From: a virus
Taxonomy: Duplodnaviria; Heunggongvirae; Uroviricota; Caudoviricetes
IMG/VR virus record: IMGVR_UViG_3300042906_000857
Location: 3,297 to 67,296 of that record
Length of the DNA: 64,000 bases
Reading direction: 5' to 3' (one strand)
Part shown: positions 8,417-18,176 of the stretch, in pieces
How the letters are laid out: each line of letters opens with the position of its first letter
Numbering within the stretch: position 1 is the stretch's first letter
Notes under the pieces: generated by a model
What the model was told of the DNA's origin: nothing
Database searches by the model: none
Seen by the model: the letters and a program-made list of their open reading frames with translations, nothing else
Position numbers and translations under genes: made by a program

Positions 8417-9934
8417 ATGGTTAATAAACTAAATTACCAACAGGCCAGAAGGGTTAGAGGCTCTAAATTTTCTAATCTATTTCTTGACCAGCTGGCGCAA
8501 CAGGATAGTGTAACATCTGCCATTGGTAAAACCATTTCATTAAAAACTCAAGCTAAGATTAAAGGCATCAAAGAGAGTTTTGATCCTTTGAATATGGTTA
8601 AGTTTTTGACGTTTGGTTCTAAACTTGGACCGGCTCTGTTTGGTAAGTTAACTGGTCGTAAACAAAAAGACATTGACTATTTTACTGGTCGTTCAAAAAG
8701 TGTTGTTGGTGGTATGAATACCGCAGACAAATTGAAAGGCACTGGCCAAGGTGGTGATTCGGCAGGTATTAATGAACAGTTATCAAAGATTTATTCTTTC
8801 TTAAAAACCAGTCGTGAAGATGATATTAAACTAAAAGAAAAATCTAAGAATTTTGAAGAAGAACTCATATCAGAGAAAAAACTCCGCCATGATGAATTAA
8901 TTGAAACATTAAATAAATTGATGAATAACATCCAAGGCGGCAAACCAACATTTGAAAAAGTTCAATCTGGTGAAAGTATGATTGACATGGTAAAACGTAT
9001 GATTGGTGATGCATTTGACAGCATTAAGGATTTGATGGCACTAAAAGACATACTCAAATCTGTTCCTTGGAGTAAACTATTGGGTGTTATGAGGTGGTTT
9101 GGTGGTCCAATAGGTATTGCATTGTTGGGTATAACATCCGCTGCCATGTTTTCTGAATGGTTGAAAGGTTTTATTGGTGAAAATGTTGTCAATAAAAATG
9201 TAATTACACCAGAAAAGGCAGTAGAATTATTGAGAACACCTGATGCATACCGTGCGATTGAGGAATATGGTGGTCGAGAAGCTTTACTTGAAATGGCCAA
9301 AACTGGTTATATTAAGGCCAAAGAAATATTGGAACGTGGTGATATCAAAGAAATAAACCAAGCTGGCGGCGTAGATTTCTTAAAGAAAGTTGAATCTCGT
9401 GGCGCAATTGATACTTCCAATATAGCGCCTGCGGCAGACCTATCACAGTTTAAACCAACTGGACCTAAACGTCCTGAAACCGGTGGTGTGGCTCTACCAG
9501 CTCAACAAAAAGAATGGGATAAAACTTGGAGTAAAGTTTATAATCCAAAAACAGGTAAGCGCCTAGACTTGGACATGGCATCAAGCATGTCCGAACAAGA
9601 TGTGAACAATGAAATGACCCGTATGAAAGGTCGTACACAATCAGTATCTCCTAGTGTTGTGGCACCAGAACCGGTCGTTCCAACACCGGCCGGAAAATTA
9701 ACACCTACGGTTACACCATCACCAGTATCAAGCTTAACAAATAACAATATCACTATGGCTATGGATGCTGCATACACAGGCGCCAAAGCTTCTAAACCTA
9801 TTGTTAACAATACAGTCAACAACACATCATCAAAGAATAAGGAAAGACCTGGTCTAAGACCTAGTCAAATATCGGTGCGTAATGATGAACCCACATTTAT
9901 GGGTTTGATTATTAACTCAACTAGAGTCGTATAA
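8417..9934 (+). CDS. Hypothetical protein (505 aa) with an internal hydrophobic segment; candidate tape-measure or internal protein
   Basis: ORF 4 nt after the previous gene, with a predicted TM segment GGPIGIALLGITSAAMF. Confidence 0.4.
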   Translation: MVNKLNYQQARRVRGSKFSNLFLDQLAQQDSVTSAIGKTISLKTQAKIKGIKESFDPLNMVKFLTFGSKLGPALFGKLTGRKQKDIDYFTGRSKSVVGGMNTADKLKGTGQGGDSAGINEQLSKIYSFLKTSREDDIKLKEKSKNFEEELISEKKLRHDELIETLNKLMNNIQGGKPTFEKVQSGESMIDMVKRMIGDAFDSIKDLMALKDILKSVPWSKLLGVMRWFGGPIGIALLGITSAAMFSEWLKGFIGENVVNKNVITPEKAVELLRTPDAYRAIEEYGGREALLEMAKTGYIKAKEILERGDIKEINQAGGVDFLKKVESRGAIDTSNIAPAADLSQFKPTGPKRPETGGVALPAQQKEWDKTWSKVYNPKTGKRLDLDMASSMSEQDVNNEMTRMKGRTQSVSPSVVAPEPVVPTPAGKLTPTVTPSPVSSLTNNNITMAMDAAYTGAKASKPIVNNTVNNTSSKNKERPGLRPSQISVRNDEPTFMGLIINSTRVV

Positions 9935-9960
9935 ACAAAAAACCCCGCACTAGGCGGGGT
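9935..9960 (-). terminator. Intrinsic terminator between convergent genes, minus-strand orientation
   Basis: Stem CCCCGC/GCGGGG with an A-run on the plus strand, which is a T-run on the minus strand, immediately 3' of gp32. Confidence 0.5.
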
Positions 9961-9985
9961 CTAAACTTACTTGAGAAGGAAAGTT

Positions 9986-10882
9986 TTAATCGCTTTCAGC
10001 CAACTTTGAAAAGTAGTCTAAGTCATCATCAGCCGATTCGGTGATATCAACTTCAACAGGTTTCTTAGGTGCAGCTTTCGCTTGTTCAACAGTGGTACGT
10101 GCTCTTGGAGCATCACCATCATCATTCAAACCTAAGACCTTATCAAGGCGTGCTTTCAGAATATCATAAGACTTGAATTCTTTATCAGCAGTCATCTCAG
10201 CAAGTGAGAATTCAGACTTCCAAATCTTTTCAAGTTGTGAGTCATCATCCAACAGAGCAGATGCTGACATGAATTCTGATTTATCATAGTTTTGATAACC
10301 AGCAACTTTAGTAATCTTCAACTTGAAGTTAGCACCTTTCCATAAATCAAATGGATTGATTGGTGTTTCATCTTCAAACTGTGGATTCATTGCACCAGTA
10401 ATCTTCTCGAAAATCTTGGCACCGAACTTGAACAATTTAACTTGTCCTTCATTCTCTGGATGCTTTGGATCCGAAACGATATAGATGTTAGCAATGTAAC
10501 TTAGTTTACGTTTTTGTTTACGAACAATATCTTTGTTCGCTTCGATGCCAGAGTTCCACAACTTGCTGTTGTGTTCGCATACTGGACATTGTTGACCTTT
10601 AGTAGTCAAACACTTATCGATAAGCCATCCGCCAGGACCTTGGAAACCATGTTCAAAAATCTTTGCCCAAGGAAGTCCATCGTCACCATCAACAGCAGAT
10701 GCAGGTAGGAAACGAATAGTCGCCATGCCGTTACCAGCTTTGTCTACCTCTGGACGCCAATAGTTTTCTTTGTCGGATTTGCCATCAATTGAAGCAGAGA
10801 GTGCTTCGACAGCCTTAGTGAGTTTACTCAGATTGCCTGAGTTACCGGAACTTGTTTTCAGTTTAGAGAAATCAATAGTCAT
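9986..10882 (-). CDS. gp32: Single-stranded DNA-binding protein, T4 gp32 family
   Basis: RFLPASAVDGDDG... zinc-ligand pattern H..C..C..C (CLTTKGQQCPVCEH), the ENEGQVKLFKFGAKIFEKI block matching T4 ENEGKVFKYRFGKKIWDKI, and an acidic C-tail. Confidence 0.85.
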   Translation of the reverse strand: MTIDFSKLKTSSGNSGNLSKLTKAVEALSASIDGKSDKENYWRPEVDKAGNGMATIRFLPASAVDGDDGLPWAKIFEHGFQGPGGWLIDKCLTTKGQQCPVCEHNSKLWNSGIEANKDIVRKQKRKLSYIANIYIVSDPKHPENEGQVKLFKFGAKIFEKITGAMNPQFEDETPINPFDLWKGANFKLKITKVAGYQNYDKSEFMSASALLDDDSQLEKIWKSEFSLAEMTADKEFKSYDILKARLDKVLGLNDDGDAPRARTTVEQAKAAPKKPVEVDITESADDDLDYFSKLAESD

Positions 10883-10967
10883 AATTACCTTTCTAGTATG
10901 TACGGAATATACGGAATATAAAACGGATTGTCCACATTGTTCATAATATAATATTATTTAGGCGCCA

Positions 10968-11459
10968 CTACAAATACGTTTGTAATTCTGCCAAGGTGGT
11001 CGGCACATCCTTGTGCCAAATAGCAATGCCACCTGCCTTACGCCAATCTTCAATAACACTCAAGGTGTCATCGATGATTAACGTATCGGGTTTCGCCCAT
11101 TTGTACTTGTGTCTCTTTCCAGGTACCAAGTTGGGAGTGAATGTAATGCCATGTGTTTCTAGCCAAACCATTTTCTGTTTGGCAATGTCATCGTGAACTT
11201 CTTCATTAGCTGTAGAAGATAAAATTTGTGTTGGTGCTTGTGCCTTGCGTAAGAATTCAATCAGAGCCATTGCATCAGGCATCAATTCAAGTGTTGCGAA
11301 TTGACAAGATGAAATAAAGGTTTCAAAGAACTTGTAAAACTTTTTATGTTTCTCGGCTTCACGGGGTTCCATGTGATACAATTCTTTGTATCTCTTATTA
11401 AAATCCGCAATCACACCGTCCATGTCCAAGTAGATACAGGAAATAGTTGGCTTATGCAT
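10968..11459 (-). CDS. HAD-family 5'(3')-deoxyribonucleotidase-like protein
   Basis: N-terminal YLDMDGVIADF (DxDGV motif) of NT5C-type HAD nucleotidases. Confidence 0.55.
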   Translation of the reverse strand: MHKPTISCIYLDMDGVIADFNKRYKELYHMEPREAEKHKKFYKFFETFISSCQFATLELMPDAMALIEFLRKAQAPTQILSSTANEEVHDDIAKQKMVWLETHGITFTPNLVPGKRHKYKWAKPDTLIIDDTLSVIEDWRKAGGIAIWHKDVPTTLAELQTYL

Positions 11460-12069
11460 GTTCTCTCAAACTTTCTTTCAAAATATTCTTAAACTTATCT
11501 TTATCGTAATTAAGGAATGGTGCATACTTGATACATTTCTTATCGTATGAAGGCCAAACAATACTATCACTAATCTTCTTTCTCCACATAGGGAAGAAGT
11601 TCATAATATCATTCATGATTGTCATAGTCTCAATAGAAACACTACCTTGCATAACACCATTCAATAATTTGGGATACTGTCCATCGGTCACCTGCAACAT
11701 TTCTTGAGGTGATACCACAGTTGTTAATAGAGTCATTATATCTTGTTCGAAGCGATATGTCAAGCTCTGGTTTCTTCTTTGCCACAATTTGTAGTTTTCA
11801 TCACCTTCCACTCCGGCAATATCACCCACCCACTTAACATCTTTTACCAAAAAATTGGCAACATAGAAGTGTTTTAATTCATCCAGGTTATATTTCCTGG
11901 ATAACTTATAGAAGGTGTACTTGTCCTTCCTTGTAGAGAAATGATCCTTCGTTACATTACTCTTACCATGATATTTGAAGAAATCATAATCACCGGTAAA
12001 ATGCAGCTTAAGTGCATGAAACAAAGCAAAGGCCGAGAATCCAGAAGATTCTTCAAACGTGAAACTCAT
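11452..12069 (-). CDS. gp59: Helicase loader, T4 gp59 family
   Basis: RKDKYTFYKLSRKYNLDEL...WVGDI...YRFEQDI aligns with T4 gp59 RRDKYFFQKLSEKYKLKEL...WIGDI...FKFEEDI. The 59-32 adjacency matches T4. Confidence 0.7.
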   Translation of the reverse strand: MSFTFEESSGFSAFALFHALKLHFTGDYDFFKYHGKSNVTKDHFSTRKDKYTFYKLSRKYNLDELKHFYVANFLVKDVKWVGDIAGVEGDENYKLWQRRNQSLTYRFEQDIMTLLTTVVSPQEMLQVTDGQYPKLLNGVMQGSVSIETMTIMNDIMNFFPMWRKKISDSIVWPSYDKKCIKYAPFLNYDKDKFKNILKESLREHA

Positions 12070-12287
12070 ACAGGTAGTTTGGACGTTCTCTTTAACATAT
12101 TTGCATCTTGTGCCTGTTCACGTATCTTTGCTTTGAGAGCAGAAGATAACAAGGTTGATGCAACATCAACTTCCATTCCCGACTTTTCGCAATCCCAAAG
12201 GATGGCATCCAAGTAGGTTGTGCCTAGTTTACTCGTTAGTTTTTCAATACTATCACTGTATTCAGCGATTTCATTTTTAGTTGGCAT
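12066..12287 (-). CDS. Hypothetical protein (73 aa)
   Basis: Small ORF 4 nt after the next gene. Confidence 0.3.
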   Translation of the reverse strand: MPTKNEIAEYSDSIEKLTSKLGTTYLDAILWDCEKSGMEVDVASTLLSSALKAKIREQAQDANMLKRTSKLPV

Positions 12288-12289
12288 GG

Positions 12290-12781
12290 TTACGCTTTTT
12301 TATAAAATATATGGTTGCCGATTTTCTTTACGACTCTCATGTTTGTCCACCCCGGACTAACATATGTTGCATGGTAGAACATTGCACTACTTTTGGCAAG
12401 CTCTTGATGCAAAGAAACTTCGGTAATTGCTCTCTTGGCAATGTAAAGACATTCTTCCCATGCGTACTTGTCTCTTATCTCATCAGTTTTCATACAAGTC
12501 CATGAGAACTGGCAAGTGGTACCTGTTTTTTGGTATACTACACCACAGAAATTTGATGGGTAGTTTGGATTGTTGACTCGGTTGATTGTTACCTGTGCAA
12601 CAGCTAGTTTGCCTTCATGTGATTCTTTTGCAGCTTCGTAGTAAATATTCTTGGCTACGCACATGATTTGTTTTTGGATATCAGCAGACACGGAATATTC
12701 CGGAGTATGTGTCTTTTCTTGTGCTGACAATGGAATTGATAATATAGCTAATGATAACAATAAAGTTTGTAGAAACTTCAT
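12290..12781 (-). CDS. Secreted cell-wall hydrolase, SleB-like (Hydrolase_2) with a signal peptide
   Basis: Signal peptide MKFLQTLLLSLAILSIPLSA, then the AKNIYYEAAKESHEGKLAVAQVTINRV...QFSW pattern of SleB-family hydrolases. Confidence 0.55.
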   Translation of the reverse strand: MKFLQTLLLSLAILSIPLSAQEKTHTPEYSVSADIQKQIMCVAKNIYYEAAKESHEGKLAVAQVTINRVNNPNYPSNFCGVVYQKTGTTCQFSWTCMKTDEIRDKYAWEECLYIAKRAITEVSLHQELAKSSAMFYHATYVSPGWTNMRVVKKIGNHIFYKKA

Positions 12782-12798
12782 TTAATCTCCTCGTGTGT

Positions 12799-12819
12799 GT
12801 AAAGGGGGATTAACCCCCT
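12799..12819 (-). promoter_or_regulatory. GC-rich hairpin AAGGGGG-attaa-CCCCCTT in the 5' leader of the hydrolase gene; a second copy lies at 59869
   Basis: 7-bp G/C stem in an AT-rich intergenic region. The same arms recur at 59869-59889. Confidence 0.4.
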
Positions 12820-12825
12820 TAACCC

Positions 12826-13104
12826 TCAATTAGATTTTCTCGTCACCTTAATTTCAGGTGCCGTGGAAATATTAGATACAAATCCATTCAAGGTTGTGGC
12901 CTTGGCGATAATATCTGTTTCTGAGGGAACTGTCGGCAAAGGCGGATGTTCAGGTGGTATTTCACCTTTAGACCTTGCCGTATCGCATTTGATGTGCCAG
13001 TCTTGGGAAAGACGGTCTCGTTCTGCGTTATAAGAATCATATAACATATCTCTTGCCATTTTTAAAAGGTCGAGACGGATTTCAAAGGGTGTCATGTTTG
13101 ACAT
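12826..13104 (-). CDS. Hypothetical protein (92 aa)
   Basis: ORF only. Confidence 0.3.
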   Translation of the reverse strand: MSNMTPFEIRLDLLKMARDMLYDSYNAERDRLSQDWHIKCDTARSKGEIPPEHPPLPTVPSETDIIAKATTLNGFVSNISTAPEIKVTRKSN

Positions 13105-13168
13105 AGTTTTCTCCTGTGTAGTGTGTAAGTGTTGGGTTTTTATTGGGAACCCATAACCCTATACTTAT

Positions 13169-13873
13169 TTAGTCAAGTTGATTATACAACATCTGAATTG
13201 ACTTGTCAACTGTTTTTGTGGTAGTGTGGTAGTAATCAATCGCTTGCACTAGACCCTCAATGTGGTCTTTTGTTTTCTCTATGAAGATGAGTGGTTCAGA
13301 ATTTTCCACGGCCATGATGATTACTAATTCATCAATAGGTACACCAACCAATTCTTCATACATCAGTGCATATGCAGCTGTCTGCCAGAAATAGTCAGTA
13401 ATTTTATCCTTTGTCTTTGGTCTCTTTGAAGTCTTAAAATCGATCACCGACAGCTTACCTTCATACTCACCAATGCAATCTACTCGACCAGCAAGTCCGA
13501 GTTGGTAGGACCACAATCCGACCTCTTGGTAGTGTATGTTATTAATTCTGTTCAAGTATGGTTTGATTGATATGAACATCTCCTTGGCATCAGGCATAAC
13601 AATACCTGGTGGTTTAGGTTCATTGTTCAAGTAATACTCACACATAGTGTGCATATTGGTACCACGAGAGGTTGCTTGTTTTGATATCTTGTTAGCAACT
13701 TCTTCACCAACACGTTTGCGCCACTCCATGATAGATTGTTTCTTTTGAGCACCAACAACTGTGGTAACAGAAGGTAGTTTCTTACCATCTGGTGTAACGT
13801 AATATCTTTTCCCGTCAGGAAAAGTTTTGGATTCAATTTTAGGAATCTCTAGTGGTGGGCAATATTTAAACAT
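13169..13873 (-). CDS. PD-(D/E)xK nuclease, RecB/Cas4-like exonuclease family (no Cys cluster)
   Basis: VDCIGEYEGKLSVIDFKTSK (D...E.K) and a QxxxY-like WQTAAYALMY motif. Confidence 0.45.
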   Translation of the reverse strand: MFKYCPPLEIPKIESKTFPDGKRYYVTPDGKKLPSVTTVVGAQKKQSIMEWRKRVGEEVANKISKQATSRGTNMHTMCEYYLNNEPKPPGIVMPDAKEMFISIKPYLNRINNIHYQEVGLWSYQLGLAGRVDCIGEYEGKLSVIDFKTSKRPKTKDKITDYFWQTAAYALMYEELVGVPIDELVIIMAVENSEPLIFIEKTKDHIEGLVQAIDYYHTTTKTVDKSIQMLYNQLD

Positions 13874-14652
13874 TATTTTTTAGCTTTGGTGATGTATTTT
13901 GCACGAATTGTTTCAAAGAAATCTATATCATCATCTGTCAATTCAACAGCAGAAATTTTTTGTCTTTCTTCGAAAACAAAATTTTTATACATTTCAAAAT
14001 CACCTTCGTATTTAAAGTTTTTTGTAATTTTTTTTGTGTCATAGGCATCCATGATAATATGATATCTATCCTCATCAGAGTCATTTCGTATTTGATGCCA
14101 AAGGTTTGTCCAAAGAATAAAAACACCACCATCGGCCGGCATGTGTAAATTAAATCCTTCGCAAATGTGTATACTTTTTGGATTTGTCCACAATGGTATA
14201 TGAATACGTGCCATATATTCTTTTGTGTCGGCATCTTTGTGTACTAGACTTTTACATCCTGCTTTTAAACAAGTAACACGAACTCTACAAGGTTCGAAAC
14301 CCAAATCTCTTAAATCATCTATGACCTTTTTGATTTCACCAACACAGGCCTCTGTTTGATTTTTGTGTTCTATTCCGTATGCAATATTCATATGCTTATA
14401 GGCTTTGTAAATCAATTCTTGTGACGGAAAAAAAGATTCCATCGTATCACCACTTTCAAATTGAATTGATTCCCAACCATCTTTATATGTACCATCTGCA
14501 CTCAAGATTGACCAGCCACCAAAACCGTGATACTGTGGTGTTTCATATTCTTCACCTTGTATGACTTGGTCACCTAATGTAAAAACACTTTCACGAACTT
14601 CTTTTTTTAGTTTTTCAATATCAACTGTGTAATCTAATTTTTCAAAAAACAT
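13873..14652 (-). CDS. Hypothetical protein with a possible cupin/2OG-oxygenase-like His motif
   Basis: HKDAD...HIPLW...H pattern; weak. Confidence 0.3.
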   Translation of the reverse strand: MFFEKLDYTVDIEKLKKEVRESVFTLGDQVIQGEEYETPQYHGFGGWSILSADGTYKDGWESIQFESGDTMESFFPSQELIYKAYKHMNIAYGIEHKNQTEACVGEIKKVIDDLRDLGFEPCRVRVTCLKAGCKSLVHKDADTKEYMARIHIPLWTNPKSIHICEGFNLHMPADGGVFILWTNLWHQIRNDSDEDRYHIIMDAYDTKKITKNFKYEGDFEMYKNFVFEERQKISAVELTDDDIDFFETIRAKYITKAKK

Positions 14653-14653
14653 A

Positions 14654-15397
14654 TTATTCCTTTATTATAACATAAGTTGTTTGGTTCATGTCAATCGTTT
14701 TGTTTTCCAATAAGTATTTAAATTCTGTTTTACTTAGTTTTTTACTTACAACATTTGAACCTAATCTGATAGAATAAATTTCATCTTTTTTTGAAATCTT
14801 ATACAACAGGTAAAATTTATTCAACCAATGCATTTCCTTTTGATAACCTGGACCTAAACAAGATATCACATTCACAGCATGTTTTTTTATTGTAAAGTTG
14901 TAGTAATTAAAATAACTATTACCTTTTCCCATTATGTCAACGTGATGATAAAACAACTCTTTCCTATCAATCAAATCATATATCAATTGACCGGATGATT
15001 TAGTATCGATTACTGTGATATTTTTTAAATCATTAATCATGCGGCCACTTATGTAGTCCTCATAATAAGGACTTCCAGGTAATGCATAGGATAAGATGTG
15101 TTCAGGATTATTCTTATGATATTCATTCATTGTTGATATTAATTCGTCAAACACTTCACATGGTTGTCTACGAACTCCATTGTTATACCATATCGGCAAA
15201 TGTATAATTTCATGGACACTTTTAAATAATAAATCATATCCAACTTTAGCCAACAAATAATCATTATTGTTTTTTAATTGATTCTTATCAAATATACCCA
15301 AACAAAATATTGTGATCTTTTCTTTCTTATTTAAAAAATTGATTAATTCACTATTGATTGAATCTTTGGTAATTGGTAATCCCAATAAAGTAATCAT
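14654..15397 (-). CDS. Hypothetical protein (247 aa)
   Basis: ORF only. Confidence 0.35.
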   Translation of the reverse strand: MITLLGLPITKDSINSELINFLNKKEKITIFCLGIFDKNQLKNNNDYLLAKVGYDLLFKSVHEIIHLPIWYNNGVRRQPCEVFDELISTMNEYHKNNPEHILSYALPGSPYYEDYISGRMINDLKNITVIDTKSSGQLIYDLIDRKELFYHHVDIMGKGNSYFNYYNFTIKKHAVNVISCLGPGYQKEMHWLNKFYLLYKISKKDEIYSIRLGSNVVSKKLSKTEFKYLLENKTIDMNQTTYVIIKE

Positions 15398-15930
15398 ATA
15401 CTGCCGGTCTCTTTTAACATTTCCAAAACGGCCGAGTAAGGTTGATTGAATGTACCTAATGTAACAGCGGTTCTCAATTTAATGTTACCTTCAACACTGT
15501 GTATTTTTTTAACATCCAATACCCATATTTCAAAATCCTTAGCAACAAAACTGTCCAACTCTTTCAATTCATCTTTAGAGTAAATAAAACCATCAGTTTG
15601 ATTTGATATTTGAAAAGTTTTTGGATTGTCAACAGTAGGTTCATAAAACACGGTTCTTGCACCACCCGTTTCAATATAGAAGTTTAATGTTGTAATAATT
15701 TCTGTATCTGTGTGTGGTGGAATAGGACGATTAATAGTCATCAACGTTAAATGAAAATCATTCCAATATCTTCTAGGAATTACCGACATTAATGATTCAA
15801 CATCAGGACTCCATATCTTCTTATAATCAATACCTTGACCAGATTCACTTGTAAAAGTTTTAAGACCGTCTGTTACAAGATATAATGGTTTTTTAAAGGT
15901 CTCATTCAATTTACAAAACATCATTTCCAA
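15394..15930 (-). CDS. Hypothetical protein, possible cupin/2OG-oxygenase-like (HTD...H)
   Basis: PPHTDTE...KIHSVEG spacing; weak. Confidence 0.3.
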   Translation of the reverse strand: MEMMFCKLNETFKKPLYLVTDGLKTFTSESGQGIDYKKIWSPDVESLMSVIPRRYWNDFHLTLMTINRPIPPHTDTEIITTLNFYIETGGARTVFYEPTVDNPKTFQISNQTDGFIYSKDELKELDSFVAKDFEIWVLDVKKIHSVEGNIKLRTAVTLGTFNQPYSAVLEMLKETGSI

Positions 15931-16613
15931 TCTTTAATTTTGGCCATGCGGCCGGCCCACGATTTAAGAATAACTGTACCATCAGCATTCTTGTTTACTA
16001 CTTTTCTTATGTCAGTTGTTAATGATATGCGTAAATCGTCAGATTTATTTTCATCAACGCCGTGTAAAACATAAGATGGGAAAAAAATTAATCGACCTTC
16101 AACTGGTTTATATCTACGTTCACGTAAGAATGGATTACTGCTCAATTTATTTTTTGACCAATCAATAGCTTTTGATGTATCAAACAATACCAGGTCGCCA
16201 CAACCATCTTTTACTTTAATATAATAGGTTGCAGCAATAGCGGATTCGGTGTGGCCATGAACTTCTAAAATTTCACCCGGTTCTCGGACATTTACCCAAC
16301 CAAATATGTGTTCACATCCAGCCAAGTTTAACATTCTAACTTGTGGTATTTCTCTTATGATTTGTTTGGATACGATATTTAATATTTCTGATTTAAGTAT
16401 ATCCAGATTGGGTTTGCTGTAGTCCCATATACTATCTTTTGGATAATTATCTTTACCTGTTACTATTTCTTTACCAATTGTGTAAATCTCATCCAAAAGA
16501 TTTTCGTTGAATTCTTCATCAAATTCAGTTTGAACTTCCCAAACTGGACTTTTCCAGAACTCATTTTGTGCATTTTGATACCAATGATATCTGTCTCTAT
16601 CTAATTTTGTCAT
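15921..16613 (-). CDS. 2OG-Fe(II) oxygenase family protein (2OG-FeII_Oxy_5-like)
   Basis: EVHGHTESAIAATYYIKV and the later YVLHGV match the H.H....S.V.YL / second-His pattern of cyanophage-type 2OG-Fe(II) oxygenases. Confidence 0.45.
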   Translation of the reverse strand: MTKLDRDRYHWYQNAQNEFWKSPVWEVQTEFDEEFNENLLDEIYTIGKEIVTGKDNYPKDSIWDYSKPNLDILKSEILNIVSKQIIREIPQVRMLNLAGCEHIFGWVNVREPGEILEVHGHTESAIAATYYIKVKDGCGDLVLFDTSKAIDWSKNKLSSNPFLRERRYKPVEGRLIFFPSYVLHGVDENKSDDLRISLTTDIRKVVNKNADGTVILKSWAGRMAKIKDWK

Positions 16614-16622
16614 AATAATAAT

Positions 16623-16952
16623 CTATTCTTGTCTTTTCTTCCAAGACAAATAACTGTCATACCATTCATCATTTTCATGAATGGTATTAATATCGAATAG
16701 TAAACCTGGAGCTCTGTTTGAATTTTTGAAGATTAAATTAATGTCATCACTCATTTCACCAAATACTTTCTTGATAATATTACCATGTTTTTCTAACATG
16801 GTAAAATATAAATATTTTTCTTCATCTGTGAGTGTGAGTAACTTATTGTGGAACTCCTCAACTAAATTAAAAATGTATTCAGCTGGTCTATAGATTATAT
16901 TATTTCCATCTGTGGATTTTATTGTTTCTAGTGTTGTTTGGGATGGTTTCAT
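16623..16952 (-). CDS. Hypothetical protein (109 aa)
   Basis: ORF only. Confidence 0.3.
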   Translation of the reverse strand: MKPSQTTLETIKSTDGNNIIYRPAEYIFNLVEEFHNKLLTLTDEEKYLYFTMLEKHGNIIKKVFGEMSDDINLIFKNSNRAPGLLFDINTIHENDEWYDSYLSWKKRQE

Positions 16953-17251
16953 TTTTTTAACCAGTCAGAATATTCTTTAACAAACTCATCATTAATATTT
17001 TCTCTTCCAGATTTGTCGAGTACTAAAAATGGAGCATTCTTATACAATTTTTCTCCGTAGATTTTATCTATAATATTAGCATAATCTTTCTGCAATTGAA
17101 ACCATTCCTCTCTTTCAGTTTGAGATAAGTTGATAAAATTTTGATAATATGTTGTATAACAAAAGTGTTTTATATGATCGTCCTCATATTTTATATGCAA
17201 TTCATCAATAACTAAAATTGGTGGTGATTTAGAGTATATTGGAAGCACCAT
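16949..17251 (-). CDS. Hypothetical protein (100 aa)
   Basis: ORF only; 4-nt overlaps on both sides. Confidence 0.3.
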   Translation of the reverse strand: MVLPIYSKSPPILVIDELHIKYEDDHIKHFCYTTYYQNFINLSQTEREEWFQLQKDYANIIDKIYGEKLYKNAPFLVLDKSGRENINDEFVKEYSDWLKK

Positions 17252-18144
17252 TATAATTTAGCTCCAACTTTTTTAGGGATAAAATTTTCGATAAATGCAC
17301 CAATTTTAACAATCAATTTGAAACCAATAAAAATGCATACGAGAGATGCACCTTTGAGAAATCCTGGTTCTTTTTTGCTTGGGCCAAACCAACGGTTATA
17401 AACACCGATAATTTTACAAATTGGTGTACCAAAGCCCATAATCAATTTTCCAGTCAAACTACCTGTTTCCTTTTCGCCCACAATATAGGCCATTTCTTCA
17501 GCCCATGGTGTTGCAATATCATATGCCCAATTAATTGCCCAATTTTTGATAGCAATAGTATGTTCTTCGTCCGTCATCCAAGGCATCATTTTAGGTCCAT
17601 TACCTTCCATCCAAGAAACGACAATTTCAGCCCAAGCTTTATAACCATTGTATATATCTGGATGAGTTTCAATCAAACGTTTACCAAAAGCTTGGTCAGC
17701 CTCAAATATATTTTGTTTCATCATACCCAAACTGAATAATTTAGTACAAATAATCTTAGAACAGTTACAATTACAGTTACAGTTATACGAGAAGCAATTG
17801 GCGTTGTTTGTGCAATTATAAGTGGGTCTAGCACCAGCGCAATTACCAGACTGTAACCAAGCTTGAGAATCACAATTTGCACAATTTATGGCAGTACAAT
17901 TTTGTGATTGGTAGCACTGGATATTACCACAGTTACAATTTACACCACCAGCGTTTCCGTTATTGCAATTGCCTGCTTGATTTTGTTGATAGTAATTTTT
18001 ACCATAAAAATCGACCAAGTCAGGCAAACCACCTTTTTGACCAGGTTTTATATAACCATCCAAAAAAGTTAAACTGCCGTTGCCGGTGCCTATTGTAGAT
18101 TTAACGTCATTAATTGATATTGGTCCAGATGATGGTGTTGGCAT
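17251..18144 (-). CDS. Asn/Cys-rich (NC)n low-complexity protein with a hydrophobic C-terminal domain; candidate substrate of the adjacent radical SAM enzyme
   Basis: Residues ~60-135 contain ~22 Cys, mostly as N-C dipeptides (NCNNGNAGGVNCNCGNIQC...NCNCNCNC). The C-terminal 160 aa have TM-like segments. Confidence 0.5.
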   Translation of the reverse strand: MPTPSSGPISINDVKSTIGTGNGSLTFLDGYIKPGQKGGLPDLVDFYGKNYYQQNQAGNCNNGNAGGVNCNCGNIQCYQSQNCTAINCANCDSQAWLQSGNCAGARPTYNCTNNANCFSYNCNCNCNCSKIICTKLFSLGMMKQNIFEADQAFGKRLIETHPDIYNGYKAWAEIVVSWMEGNGPKMMPWMTDEEHTIAIKNWAINWAYDIATPWAEEMAYIVGEKETGSLTGKLIMGFGTPICKIIGVYNRWFGPSKKEPGFLKGASLVCIFIGFKLIVKIGAFIENFIPKKVGAKL

Positions 18145-18176
18145 TTTTATTTTTTAAAAAAAGGTTGTTACAATAT

